64,000 bases of DNA from assembly GCA_036172245.1 (NCBI GenBank), contig JAYWIR010000043.1, positions 62,001-126,000 on the forward strand, in the 5' to 3' direction. A program made the translations under genes and the position numbers. Source of the stretch: Raillietiella orientalis (Eukaryota). The notes under the pieces are model-generated. The model was given only the letters and a program-made list of their open reading frames with translations, was not told the DNA's origin and searched no databases. Of this stretch, positions 12,001-25,479 are shown piece after piece (the stretch's first letter is position 1; each line of letters opens with the position of its first letter).

Positions 12001-13200
12001 TCGCGTCGTACCTACTGTGCTCTGGCAGGAAGGTCAGAAGATGCGGCCATCTCCTTGGGCGCATGGAAGCCCTATTGAGAGACAAGGGCTGGATGGTCTG
12101 CAGCCCCGCAAACTTCTCCGCCTGGCTGGAGGAATCCGTTGCGACGTGGGCCAAGCTGAACCTCCAGACTTCCCCGGACTGGAACCGCCTGCGATTCGGC
12201 CCCAACGCCTGCTGCACACTGCGGACTACTCTGGAGTGTCCCGTCAGGAGCACGTAGGCGGAGACTTCCCCTCTAGCCTCGACCCTGCCCTTCCTACGAA
12301 GAGCTTTAACCAGTGGCCGCAAGCCGAAGTGGCAAGTCTCCTGCCGAATCGCAGGCAAGGTAAAGAAGATGAGCGGTTGAACCCTGGGATAACTGGTAGA
12401 TGCCACGACCCCGAGTGCCCTCCCGCGTGGACTTCGTCTCTCGGGCGAGGTGCTCGGCATCCCGACGGATGACCTGAAGTGGCCCTTAATACTAATCGGA
12501 TCCAGACGTCTTCCCTTGAAGTGGCAAGAGTCGGCGCTGCTGCTGTTCCACTGGGGTCTACCTTGGAACGCGCGCTGCTTCCACTGGACGCGGGGAAGTG
12601 TAAGGCCTGAGTGTGCCAGGTGTGGGGAGCGGGAATCGCTTCCCCACCTGATCGTTGACTGTGCTGCCCTCCAACCCCTTTGGGAACGGTTCGGGACGAC
12701 CCTCGGGCTCCCAATTGGCAGCGCGCCCAGAGACGTTCTTCGGCCCCTCTTCGTGAGGGACGCCCTGCAGCCCGCCGCAGCCCTTGCAGCCCTCTGCTGC
12801 ATCCGGGGCATCGTGCCGGCCTGGAGCGACATTCGCGACGAACGAGTGGATGCCAACGCGAGGGATGTCATCCCATATGCGGTCTGCTCCATGCGGAGAG
12901 CTGCGAGATGGCCCCATATGGGAAGCATGAAGATGGACCTGGAGGGCATCCTGCAAAGGATGGGTTCTCCTCCCAGTGGATTGTGATCCCTTCCTCTTCC
13001 TCCAAACTCTTTTTTTGTTTTCCTTATCTTTATTGTTCTTTTTGTTTTGATCCCTATCACCCTCCACTGACGAGGAGTGTCACGCCGGGCTGCGTCCCGG
13101 CGTCCCGGCAGGTCCGGTGTTGTGTGGCCGTTTGTGAGGCCTCGTACCACGTTTATGCAGAGTTTTTTCAATAAACGCCCCGGGCGTACCCGGGTGACAA
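9011..13200 (+). mobile_element. Element C (family II): ORF1 3' end plus degenerate ORF2
   Basis: ORF1 ends ..ISQE* at 9391; ORF2 9391-12986 has stops and frameshifts; terminus at 13170-13196 followed by ACAA. Confidence 0.92.
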
Positions 13201-13290
13201 CTTCGAAGCCGCGGGGAAGCAGGTACAAGGGGAACCGGCAGCATAACTAGCGGACCGATCTTTTCAGATCGTCCCAGTCCAAGAGCGAGA
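13201..13290 (-). mobile_element. Fragment N: family I ORF2 linker remnant; host of C and D
   Basis: Reverse complement encodes DWDDLKRSVR..CCRFPLYLLPRGF. Confidence 0.8.
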
Positions 13291-13297
13291 GCTGACA

Positions 13298-16200
13298 GGT
13301 TTATGTTTCGCTTTTAAGCGTTTGTGGTTTTATTTTATTCTTTTTTTTCTCAGTGTTGCAGTGGATTCGGTGGTGGCTAGGCAGCGATACCTAAGACTAC
13401 CTCCAATGTTAAGGAGGAGGCGACGTCTATATCGCCTCCTGAATCAATGGATGTGGATGCAACCGCCCCCACAGAAGCGACTCCCCCTCTAGGGAAAAGC
13501 TGGGTTCCGTGGCTGCGGCGGAAACCCAAGCAGCGGCGTCTCAGTTAAAAGCCTACCTAAAGGAGGGGTACAATCCCCCTCTTCTCTACAAGGTAGGCAA
13601 CCTTTACTCCTCTGAGAGTGCACGCGCTTACTCGGAAGGGATGCACTCTTTCAAAGTACTCCAGGAGGAGCTCTTGGCGATGACCATCAGGAGTAGTAGA
13701 CAGTACGTTGAGGTGATTTGCAAAGAAGCAAGTCTTGCACAGCGTTTGCTCCGTACACCTGTTCCTTTAGGGAATCGCCGGCTCCTTCCCATCACGCAGG
13801 ATAGATCTATCGTGATCCACCTCCTCGAAATCAACTTCAGGATGACCGAAGAGGCTGTCCGGAAGGAACTAATTAAATTTGGAACTGTCCTCGCGTTGTG
13901 GAAAAGACCGACTCCGTTTTGGGAGTACGATCTCCTGAATTGGAGTATGGCTTCCGCGCGCATCACGGTCCGCGAGGGTTGCTTTCTACCAAACAAGCTG
14001 GAGGTCAACGGAGAACCCGTTGGCATCTGGTATGTAAGAAAGCCGCATTTCTGCGGGCATTGCAGCACCCCAGATCTCCTGAAAAAATGTGCTTTCACTT
14101 CCAGTGCAAGCAATTGAAGCAACCCGGGCACACTCTTCCAGTGTGTCCGCAAAATGCAGTCCGCGTTGCGTCCGCACTAAATGCGAAGAAGCGCGCGGCG
14201 AGAAAGAGACGAGTCCAGGCAGCCCGAGAGACAGCAGCCGCTCGAAAAACAACTATCGTACCCCAGGTGAAAGTCAGCTCCGAGATCTTGGAAAACTCGG
14301 ACAACGTCGAGGAGAACGGCCAGGAACCTGGATGGCAGGTAGTAAAATCCAAGAGGGAGAAAAGCCTCAAGGAAGCAAAAAAAAATGTCGCGAAACGCAG
14401 CGAGAATTTGCCGCGTCCCGAAAATATCAAACGCTGCTCTGTCGTCATCAAGCGCATTCCTGCGGTCGAACAAAGCGTCAAAATTGCAGTCGTCGCTGAC
14501 TACTTTCAGCCCTCCTCCAAATTAATGATGGAGGCTATCGACCCGGCGGTGGCGTCCGTCTTCGAACACATGCACGACGACGTCGCCTTTGAGCGAGCAG
14601 CGGAGGAGCTCGCTGCGTCCTTGCAGCGTCTCCTCACATCCGCGAAAAAGGCCTTAAGGCGTCCGACCTCGATCAAGAAGTCGGAGATTCCGAACTCTGA
14701 CGCAGAGGCGGAAAACACAGCCTGCGGCATCGCGGCCTCCCACTCGAAGGCCAATCGCACGAAGAAGGCTACCCGCAAAATTATCCCTTTCCGTGGAAAA
14801 GGGAGAGATAATTGAGGAAAGCGTGCGTGCCAAAAAAGTTGGGAACTCCGGGGTCTCTCCTCGAGAGGTAACCTCACGCTGCGACCCCGGAAAGAGGGAA
14901 AGGGTAGAGTCTGTGCCCCAGGTGCTTCTAGTGCCTGAGATGGCGGCGGTCCCCTTACTCATCCCTCCCACCTGTCCCTTCACAGGTGCTGCAACGCTAC
15001 GTTCCCAGCCTTAATGCCGAGAATCGCCTCTTGCCGCCGTCTGCGAATAGCCTGTTGGAACGTCAACGGGCTAAGCGACGACGGCAAGAGACGAGACGTG
15101 GCCTCCACCCTGGCATCGTTCGACCTGGTGCTGCTGCAAGAGATCCACGTGATCTCCGCAGATCAAGCAACGGAGATCGAGCGTATCTCGGGTGGACGTC
15201 TGCTGTGGCGCTGCGGCATCGTTAAATCTTGCGGTGTCGCGTACCTGCTTCGTCCAGCTTTCGAGGCTGTGGCAAAAGGCGTACGGTTCGATAGTGCCGG
15301 TCGCGTCGGGCAGTTGACCATCAGGTGGTCCGACTCCATCGATCTGGTCATTACCAACGTGTACGACCCAAGCGGCAGCGACGCGCTAAGGGCAAAGGCA
15401 AGGAGAGATTTCTTCCTTACCCTGAGGCGCGAAGATCTGGAGGAAGCGGGAGTGCACGAAGCGCACCTAATCGGAGGTGACTTTAACCTGCGCCTGCTGT
15501 CAGGTGCTTCCGACACACTTCGGGACCGCGTGAACGAGCTCTGCGCAGAAATGCACACTTGCAACTTGTTCGCGGTAGATCCGGAAATGGCCGACACCAT
15601 AGATCACATGCTTTTTGGCCAGCACCTATGCTCACGCGTGGGCAGGCGCGGCAAGTTATCGTCGCAACTGTCGGACCATGATTGGATCGTACTTGAGGTG
15701 CGCGCACGCAATAAGGGTTCGCCGTCATCTGCGTGGCGCTTATCGTGGGACTGGCTGGAACTTCCGAAAGCCGCGGAGGATCTCCGCGGATTCATACGAG
15801 GTTTCAGTTTCCAGACGCTTTAGGACTGGGACCGCTGGAAGCGCACCGTCCGGGATTTTTGCTACGAGTTCCCTATAAACCTCCTGCCTACCGGGTTTGG
15901 TGAAAGCGTGAGTAACGAGAGATGGTATTTACAATCTCGAGGTTACGCGCGAACTGCTGACGTACGCAGGCTAGTTGAATACCGTCCGGGAGCCGAGAGG
16001 CAGGCGTGGCAATCGAAGTCGGCCAGCTTACTGGACGACCAGGGTTCGGAGCACTCAGCCCATGCCCAGGTAAAAGGCTTATTAAAAAAATTCATCTCCT
16101 CCCTGTACGCGCGCGCTCCACCGAAACGGGATGTCTCCCGAATTCTTCTTCCGGAAGGCGCTCCGGCGATCGGGGAGGAAGATAGAAAGACCCTCGACGA

Positions 16201-18135
16201 GCCTTTCACGATGGGCGAGATCATCTCGGCCATCGGAAAGCTCAAGAGGCGTAAGGCTCCAGGGGAGGATGGCCTGCCAGCGGAATTTTTTCAATGTTTC
16301 GCGGCAGAGCTCACTCCTCTGGTGAAGAAACTCACCTTGCTGATTCGCGAAACGGGCGACGTCCCCTCCTCATTTCGTTCGGCAAAGGTGCGTCTCCTCC
16401 TTAAGGGAGGAGTCCTTCGAGCATGACTAACTGGTGGCCGATTATCGTGATAAACGCGGACGTCAAGTTGCTGGCGAAATTGTGGGCTGAACGCCTGAGA
16501 CGGTTAGCGGAAAGCTTCATTAGCCCGGGGCGGACATATGCTGTACCCGGGCGTAGCATGGATGTCAACCTGTTCCTCGCCAGTACCTTTTTCGCGCTCC
16601 AACAGAAAAGGGTCAGGATGGGCAGCTGGACTTCCATAATGTACGTCGCTAGGAAACGGGATGGTTGGGGGAAGGAGGGAGCCCTCGCAGTAGCAGTCCA
16701 TTTGCATAAAGCATTCGACTGTGTCGACCAGAGGCTCCTCCTGGAGCTCCTGGAACGCTTGGGCTTCCCGGTTTCTTTGTTGACCTACCTGCGATCCTGC
16801 TGGCGCGACGCGCTCATCCAGATGTTTTTCAGTGGACACACCGTGCACGGCGTACCGGTGCGACGCGGCATACGGCAGGGAGACAGCCTGAGTCGCTTGC
16901 TCTTCAGTACCTCCTTCGAGTTGGTACTGATAGCGTACAGGGAAACTCTAGCGCACCTGCCGCGCGACTATCCCGGTACGCCCGCGGTGTCAGCATATGT
17001 GGACGACCTACTGCTGCTGCTCCCTATGTCCATCCCGGCATCGGCGGTCGAGGAGTTCTCGGACCTGCTAAGTCGGGGAACCGGGCTTGAGGTGCACAGG
17101 GCGAAGTCGTCCGTCATGCCAATCGGTGCGGCGTGGGCAGAGAAGCCGGACTGGGTCCGTTTTGGGATACACGGTTCCGTTCTCCAAGTATCTTGGTGTA
17201 CCGATGGTTGATTATCTCCCTTTGAATGCGTGGTCCAGCTGCCTTCAAAAGGTAGAGACGGCGATCGGCCCGTTCCAAGGCCGCAGGTTTTTCCTGCCGG
17301 AACGGGCCGCGGTGTGGAACGCATTCGCTGCGCCCCTCCTACGTTCCCTGCTTTTTGTTTGTCCCCCCACCACGGAGACTAAAAAGCGGACGAAGGACCT
17401 CCTAAGGATTGCCCTGTGGGGTAATGGGAGGGCCCGAATCCGGCTTGAGGACTTGAGCGCTCCGCGTCGTGACGGCGGTCTCGGCCTCCTGACACTAGAG
17501 CGGCTGGAGCTCCAGCTTTAATTTCGGTTGCTCGCCCTAGTGGCCAAATATTGGAATAGTAGTTGGTGCGAGCCCGCACGTCTCCTCGTCGAGCAGGCTA
17601 CACGCAAGGTGGCTCTGTCATCCTTCCTTGCGCTGCGTCGGCGCCGCCAAGTCGGTCACTGCAGGTTGCAGCTACGGAGAGTGGCTGACCTGATGAGGAA
17701 AAACGCTGGATGGCTCTACTGTCGGCCCGTTAAAGGACCTGCATGGCTGCAGGAAACGGTTCAGACGTGGGCAAGGAGCAACCGGCAACGCACCCAAGAA
17801 ATGCAGAGACAATTCTTCACCCGTAATGACCACCTGACGCTCCGGGAGGTCCTGGAGAACCCCCAGAAACAAGCGTGGGCAAGTAAAAATTCCTCTCACT
17901 GCAATGCTGTTTCCGCTCGCGGAACATTTGAACGGCAACACTGCTGCGAAATGGGATGTTTTCGTCAAAATCTCCTGTACAGAGAAAAAGATCGGGGAAT
18001 GGAAAACGGGAATTCTCTGCGATACCATGGCGCGGACTATCAACCGTATTGGACTTTTGCGCTAGGGCGAGCTGCTTAATGTTCCGCGGGAACAATTAAA
18101 GTGGCCCCCGGTGCTGATGAACACCTCCACATTTC
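13298..18135 (+). mobile_element. Element D (family III): 5' UTR, frameshifted ORF1 and degenerate ORF2; 3' end deleted
   Basis: ORF1 pieces 13509-14117, 13898-14815 and 14793-15014; TAATG at 15012-15016; ORF2 motifs from 15014 to ~18135. Confidence 0.88.
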
Positions 18136-18139
18136 CCAG

Positions 18140-20628
18140 TCCCCCTGGTCCTGAGGATTTCTGCGCTGATTCGAGAGACGGGCAATGTCCTGGCCTCGTT
18201 TCGCTCAGCAAGGGTGCGTCACTTGCCGATAGGCGGAGACATGCACCATTCAAGCAACTGGCGTCCCATCACCTTGGTGAATGCGGACGTCAAGTTGTTC
18301 TCCGTGCTGTGGGTCGAGCGCCTAGGCAGGATCGCTGGATCCGTGGTAAGTCCGGAGCAGTCTTACGCTGTTCTCGGGAGGTCCATGCAGGCGATCCTGT
18401 TCTTCGCGCCCACGTGGCTAGAGCTGCAACGTTGCGTGGCGCACGACAGCCAGGCAACCGCATCTGTGACTGCCCAGGTTAGGCGTCGCTGCATTCGGCC
18501 TGGGGAAGTGCCGGGTGTCTTGGCGGTCGCGGTCGATCTCTTCAAGCCGTTCGATTGCGTAAATCAGGATCTCCTGCTGGAGCTCCTAGAACGTCTCGGT
18601 CTCCCGGTGCACCTCCTGGTGTATTTGCGCGCTTGCTGGCGTCACGCGCTCATTTCCATCTTTTTTAGCGGCTGCCACGTGTACGGCGTGCCGGTGCGGC
18701 GGGGCATCAGGCAGGGCGACAGCTTAAGCCCGTTGCTCTTCAGCATATTCTTTGAGGTGGTGCTGAAGGAGTACAGGCTGACGCTGGCCAACCTTACGTG
18801 CTCTTGTCGAGGAACGCCGTCCGTGGCGGCCAATGCTGAAGACCTGCTTCTCCTCTTACCCATGACCACCCCGGCATCTAGTCTCGAGGATTTCTTCGAG
18901 CCGATTCGCCGGGGAGCGGGCATGAGCGTAAACCGGAGCAAGAGCGTGGTCGTACCTATTAATGAGGCGTGGGAGGGGAAGTCCGACTGGATCCGCCTGA
19001 GGATCCCGACCGCTTTCTCCATGCAATATCTGGGCGTTCCGCTGGGGAACATCAGCCCAGTGGAAGTGTGGTCGGACTGCCTTCGGAAGAATTCGAATGC
19101 CCTGAGCCCCTTCCACCATAGCAGATTTGTCCTGCCGGAGCGGGCCACGATATGGAAGACCTTCGTTGCCCCCTCTTGCGCCCCCTGCTTTTTGTTTACC
19201 CGCCCCCCTACTCGGCCAAGCTCCAGGCGAACAGCCTATTGAGGAACGCTCTGTTGAGACCAGCGAGTTCCAGGTTCTGCCTCAAAAACTTGACGGATCC
19301 GCGTCGGGATGCTGGCTTAGGCATCCTGACGCTAGAGAGAATCGAGCTGCAGGTGCAGCTTCGGATGTTGGCCCTGTGCGCCAACCTTTGGTCCACTCCG
19401 TGTTGCTATCCCGCGCGTCTGCGACTGCGGCGCTGCACAGGCAGCGATGGACATCTGTCGCTGCGGCCGCACACGGAGCGCGTCACGAGAAGCTTCGGTT
19501 TCACCTTGAAACCGCTGTATTGGCTCCTGGATGCCCAGGAATGGATCTCCTGCCTCCCAACGAACTTTGAAACCTGGTGGCAGGAACCGTTGCATGGCTG
19601 GGCAAAGCACCAGGACGTTTCCCTCCTGGAACTCCGTTGCGCTCACCTCTCCCCGTACTGCACGGTGAATGAAGTGTGCAACAGCCAGCAGAAGTTTACC
19701 CTCCTGGCCGTCACCCCCCTCGCCGACGCACTGTCAGCCCTCAGGGCAAGAGATGACAGTTGCGAACAGGCAAGATGAAAGGTCGCCTGCACCATCGCAG
19801 GAACAACGCGACCTATTGGCGGCTAGAGGACTTGCGAGCTGGCGGACGCCGCCACAGCTCGCCACGTTCCGAAGGGACTCCTTCGGTGGAGCGAACACTT
19901 AAGTGTGCCCCCCGAAGAACTTGTGGTTCCTCCCTCCTGTTTGAACACTTCTGGTTTCCCCCTTTCGTAGAAGCAGGACGTCATCATGCTGGTGCATTGG
20001 GGTTTTCACTCCAACCAGCGGACGAAGCGTGTTTTCGGGGGAGTTGTCTCCCCAAACTGTAAGCGGTGCGGGGAAGTGGAAACGCTCCCGCAAGTGCTCC
20101 TGGACTGCGGTGCCCTTCTAGAACTCTGGCGGAGGCTGGCCTGAGCTCTCCTGCATCAGGGGGACACCGCAAGGGACTTGATGCGCCGCTTTTTCACGCC
20201 AGGCGGCCTGTCATTGGGTGCTGTCGTTGCAGCCGTGTGTTGCACCCGCGCCTTCGACAAGGCCCACCGAGAGTTGGAGAAGCTGTCCATCCTACTTCAG
20301 CCCACTGGATTAGCCAGCACAAACGCGTCGTCGGCTGCCCAGTGGGGCCATCTGCCACAGGGCGTAAGGAGAGAGATCGCCGGCATCCATCGCCGGTTTT
20401 GAAAAGAAGGAATGGACTCACCAAAGACCCCTGTCCCCTGCACTCCATATTTTTCTTTTATTTTTTTATAGTAGTGTGTTTGTGGACCCTTACCTGCCGT
20501 TCCGTACTTTCGGGATACCGACCTGCATGTCGGGGATCCCACCCTTTTCGTCTCTTGTTTTCCCCTTTGTCCGGGAACCCTGTTCCCGGATAGTTTATAA
20601 TAAACGCCCCGGCGCACCCGGGTGATAA
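18140..20628 (+). mobile_element. Element E (family I), 3' part: degenerate RT through the 3' terminus
   Basis: WRPITLVNADVK, GIRQGDSLSP and a degenerate YADD (NAED); terminus at 20599-20624. Confidence 0.88.
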
Positions 20629-22880
20629 TCTACCGTCCCCCTGCGATCCTTTCGATCTCCTGGGCGTTCTCCGCGGTGATCACGTGGATCTCCTGCAGGA
20701 GTGCCAGGTCGAAGTCACGCAGGGTGGCGGCCGTGCCCCGTCTGTTGCCGTCGTCGCGCAGCCCGTTGACGTTTCATCAGGCCACGCGTAATCGACGGCG
20801 ACAGGCGAGCCCAGGTGTTACTCCTGGGAAAGTGACAATGGGGCGCCCGCCACCTGGTCGGGCGGGACGGATGGAGGAATGGGATCACCGCGCACCGGTT
20901 CTCCCTCCTCCATGGGGGCCGATTCCTTGGCGGACCGCAACGGTTGAAGGGGGCGGGTTCCACGCACATGCTCCCCCTCTTCCATGGAAGCCGATTCGTC
21001 GGCTGCGCTGGACGGCAGGGGGGAGCGGTTGTCAGCTGTTTGCTCCTCCTCCTTTATGGCTATCTCCTGAGCAGGTTCCACCGTTGGGAGGGGACGTCAA
21101 TCACTCATCTTATCCCCCTCCTCCATGGGGGTCACCAGCTGCTTGGTAGCGGAGGTCTAGAAAATCCCTCCCTCCGTTCCCACGCTGCCGGCTTCCCCCT
21201 CGGTAGCTGGTGCGTCCCCCTCCTTCTTTGTCGGGATGCGTCTCTTTGGATTTTTGGACTTCCGTCCAGTCTTCTTCGGAGGCGCCTCCGCGGAGGAGGA
21301 CGCACTTCCGGCATCCGGTTCGTGGTCACCTGTCGTAGGTGCCTTGCTCACGGCCGGCCTTCGCAAGGCCTTTCGCGCGCCGTTCTCACGCTCCGCGAGT
21401 TCGACCGCGAGCTCTTCCGCCGCCTGTTGGTAGGCGGCGTCCTCGATTGCGGCAAGCGCGTCGCTCGGCTCCCCCTCTGTTTGCACAGAGGGTTCGCCTT
21501 TCTCGATCGCGGCTTCGGCGTCAACGAGGCGGGAGATATCTCCCCCGGTGGAGGTCTCGGGGATCTCCACGCGCTCCAACGCGACCGAACATTCGCGGAG
21601 CAAAGCGCGGCGTTGCCTTCTATTTAAAAAAGTTGTCGCGGGTTCCGCTGTCGGTTCTTCGGTTTTTCGGCTTTTTTTACTTTTCGGCTTCGCTGTCCGC
21701 CAGTTCTCGTTGTCACCCGCGTCGTCGGGAGTTTTCTCGACCGCCGTTTGCTGGAAGCATTCCGAATCTGGCTTTTTGCTTGGCCTTTCCTTTGCTTCTT
21801 TTGGCTTGCTTGTTTTCTCCAAGCGTTTCCCCTTACCTTTTTTGAAGGCAGAGGGCGCTGAAGGTTCCCGCTGTTGGCACACTTTTTGGAGGTGGCCCTT
21901 CTCTTTGCAGTGGAAACACTGGATGTGAGGGCACCGTTTTTTCAGGTGCCCTGTTGCATCACAGTGCCCACAGTACTTGGGCTTACCCACGTACCAGACG
22001 TCGACGACCTCGTTGCCGATGTCGAGTTCGTGGGGCAGCCCACCGTTTTCGCGGACGGTCACAGGCGCTGCAACCATGCCACTGAACAGTCTTCCGTATG
22101 TTTGGTAGACGTTGGGCTTGGTCCAGAGCGCGTGCACCGTACCATGTTTTCGCAACTCTTCCTGCACGCCAGCTTTTGTCATGCGCAGAGTTACACCGAT
22201 AAGGTGGGCAACAATGAAGCGGTCCTCCGTCAAAGGGAAGAACTTTTGGCCTTCCAGAGAGAAGGGAGTGTTCAGCAGGCGTTGAGCCAGACTTGCATTT
22301 TTGCAAGTCAGCTCCACCCGCTGGCCCCCAATCATCACGGAGAGACCTTCCAGGTCTCCCTCTATCACATCCAACTGCTGTAACTCTCTTTCAAAGTTAA
22401 GAGCGGGGTTTCCCACAAACAGATTTTCTACCTTGTAAATCAAGGACATCTTGTATCCTTGTGCAAGGTAGGCGCGCTTTTCTGCTGAGGCTACAGGAAA
22501 TGGCGCTGCAGCCACTGAGCTGCAGGTCTCCGTCGTTGCCGAGGAAGCATCCAAAGACGCGGTTAACACCTTTTTCAAGAAGGCGGTTGCGCTTTTTTCC
22601 AAGGCGGCGGTTGTCCTTTTTTTCAAGAGAAAGTTTGCTGCCTTTTCCACGAGGGCGGTTGCCCCCTTTTTCAAGGGGGCGTTTGCCCTCTTCTGCGTCA
22701 AAGCGGTTGCCCCCACCTCAATCGGTTGGGGAGAGGAACAATCCTCTCCACCGGCGACTTCCATCGCGGTGTCCTCAGGCATTTCTGCTATTGGACACCG
22801 CAGATGTTGCACACACAAACACTAACGGAAGGAAACGCTTTACAACAGGCTTAGAGGAGCGCGGAAAAAACACGTTTGCA
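20629..22880 (-). mobile_element. Element F (family II-like), 5' part: 5' UTR, ORF1 and start of ORF2
   Basis: ORF1 22818-21157, frameshifted into 21081-20818; knuckles CGHCDATGHLKKRC and CFHCKEKGHLQKVC; TAACA junction at 20816-20820; endonuclease N-terminus cut by E. Confidence 0.88.
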
Positions 22881-25217
22881 CGCCAAGTTGCTGGCTAAGT
22901 TTTGTTCAGAGCGCCTGGGACGTGTCGCCAACATCTTCATCAGCTCGGAAAAGACACATGCTGTTCTCAAGCGAAGTATGGAGGCAATTCTGTTCCACGC
23001 TTCCACATGGTTAGAGCTCCAACAAGGAAGGAGCATAATAAGCAACCGGAATTCCATGGCGTCCGTCGGTGGGGGACGGGATGGTCGGGAGCGGAGAGGA
23101 GCCCTCGCCGTCGCAGTCGATTTGCATAAAGCATCCGATTGCGTTGACCACGATCTCCTTTTAAAGCTTCTGGAACGCTTAAGCTTCCCGGTTTCTTTGC
23201 TGGTTTACCTGCGCTGCAGCTGGCGCTACGCGCTTATCAATGTCTTTTTAAGTGGATCCACCGTGTACGGCGTACCGGTGCGACAAGGCACACGGCAGGG
23301 AGACAGCCTCAACCCCTTGCTCTTGAGCGCCCATTTCGAATTGGTGCTGAGAGCGTACAGGAATACTCGGGCGCACCTGCCGTGCGATTGTCCCGGTACA
23401 CCTGCGGTTTCGGCGTACGCGGACGACATTCTGCTGCTGTCCACTCCGGCCTCGGTGGTCGAGGACTTCTTCGACCTGCTAAGTCGTGGAACAGGACTGA
23501 CGCAGAACAGGGAAAAGTCGTCCGTAATGCCAGTCAGAGCGGCGTGGGCAGAGCAGCAGGACTGGGTTCGTTTGGGAATCCCCACGGTCGGGTACTTCAA
23601 GTACCTTGGTGTGCCGTTAGGGGATTACTCCCCTGGGGAAGCGTGGTTTGGCTGCCTTCAGGAGGCTCAGGCTGCGATCGGCCCGTTCCAGGACGGCAGG
23701 TTCTTCCTGCATGAACGGGCTGCGGCGTGGAACGCGTTTGCGGCCCCCCTCCTTCGCCCCTTGCTTTTTGTTTGCCCCCCCTCAGCGGAGTCAAAGAAGA
23801 GGACGAAGGACCTCCTGAGGATCGCCCTTTGGGGCAGATGGAGGCCCCGAGTCCGTCTTTCGGACTTGTGCGCTCCTCGTCGGGATGGTGGTCTGGGCCT
23901 CCTGACGTTGGAGCGGCTGGAGCTACAGCTCCAGTTCCGAGTTGTTGCCTTCATGGCAGGAAATTGGTGCACCCCTTGGTGCCTCCCTGCACGTCTCCTC
24001 GTCGAGTGGGTCACCAGCAATGCGGGACTCTCGTCCTACTTTGCACTCCGAAGCCCCATCTGCCACTGCGGTCTTCAACTTCGGAGGGCGGCCAAGCTCG
24101 TGAAGAACAACTCGGCGCGGATCCTCGTACGCCCCGCGAACGGTCCTGCATGGCTACAGGAAACCGTGCGCACGTGGGCGATGATTCAGGAGCAGAGTCC
24201 GAAACACGAGCGAATAGCTCTGTCCGGGCCTCACGCCCACCGCACGCTCTGAGAAATCTTCCAGGATCCCCGAAGGAGAGCGTTGTCTCCAAGAACCTCC
24301 CTTACTGCGGTACTGCCTACCCTACGGGAACATCTGGGCAGCAACGTCGCGGCACAATGGGAGGTTACTGTCAAAATCGTCAGCAGGGCAAAGAAGATCG
24401 AAGACTAGAGATCAGGACAACTCACCAACGCTGCGACTCCGAGGACCACACCAAATGGACTCTTGCGCCGGGGAGAGCTACTGGATGTTCCAGAGGAACA
24501 TCTCAAGTGGCCCCCGGTGCTCATGGACTCGCGCACCCTCCCCATGAAGTGGCAACAGTCGGCACTGCTGGTGTTGCATTAAGGGCTTTCTTGCAACGCC
24601 CGCCGACACCACTGGACGCGGGGGGTGTCAACCCTAATTGTGCCAGGTGCGGGGAGAGGGAATACCTCCCCCACCTGTTAGTGGATTGTGTTGCCCTCCG
24701 TCCCTTGTGGGAACGCTTTGCCGCAGCCCTGGGGATCCCCGGAGGCAACCCCAGAGACGCTTTGCGCCCCCTCTTCGTCCGTGACGCCCTGCTTCCAGCG
24801 GCCTCCCTTGCAGCCCTGTCCTGCCTACGCGGGATCGTCGTGGCATGGAGCAAAGCGACGTGAGGATCCAGCGACAGGGATGCCAACGTGTATGCCGCCC
24901 GTTTCCTTAGGTTGGCGACGCGATGGCCCCATCTGGAACCACACAAGCAGAAACAGCTTGCCGGCATCCTCCAGAGGATGACGGACCCTCCCAGCAGACT
25001 GTGATCCCTTCCCGCTCCCTCCCTGATTTTTGTTTATTTTTTGTTTTCTTTTTGTTTCGTTCCCCCTCCCCTCTGTTGCCGACGTCGATCGCGGCGGTCT
25101 GCGCACCGGTAGCCCGGCAGGCTATATCTTTCCAGGGCATGGCTGGACTACTGGTCCAGTCACAGATTATATTGGTTTATTCGTGAGAATAAACGTCCCG
25201 GTGCTCCCGGGTTTCAA
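22880..25217 (+). mobile_element. Element G (family III), 3' part; near-identical to the 3' end of J
   Basis: RT ORF 22876-24252 with YADD; CCHC finger; terminus AATAAACGTCCCGGTGCTCCCGGGTTTCAA at 25188-25217. Confidence 0.9.
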
Positions 25218-25474
25218 GCGAGACTGCGGACGGTGACGCCTCTCAGGAATTCGCAAAGGTGCTCATTCGCATCTGAGAGTCCCGTCCTGTCCCCAGGCAG
25301 ACGCCACGCCTTAAATGGGGGGCCCTTGTCGCGCGGGCACACCTCGAATATCAACCGGAAATGGTCAGACAGCTCCGACGCAACTTTCCCCCGTTAGCCG
25401 ACGCGTCAACACAAGTCGCCATCCAGGAAGAAGTGTTCGATGCTGCGGTCCATTCACCTCTCACCCGCGAACAA
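25218..25474 (-). mobile_element. Fragment U: family II (C-like) endonuclease C-terminus and linker; host of G
   Basis: Reverse complement matches C at about 9935-10190 (SDHFR..EHLCEFLRGVTVRSL). Confidence 0.8.
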
Positions 25475-25479
25475 GATTA

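Noticed and set aside
1..13200. Telomeric head-to-tail retrotransposon array (HeT-A/TART-like)
   Set aside because: Only the first two junctions are head-to-tail; the rest are mixed-strand nests with TSDs, and I saw no telomeric repeats
11399..13228. 609-aa antisense ORF and many other antisense or alternate-frame ORFs
   Set aside because: These are shadows of GC-rich ORF1/ORF2 sequence; they are interrupted in paralogous copies and have no recognisable domains
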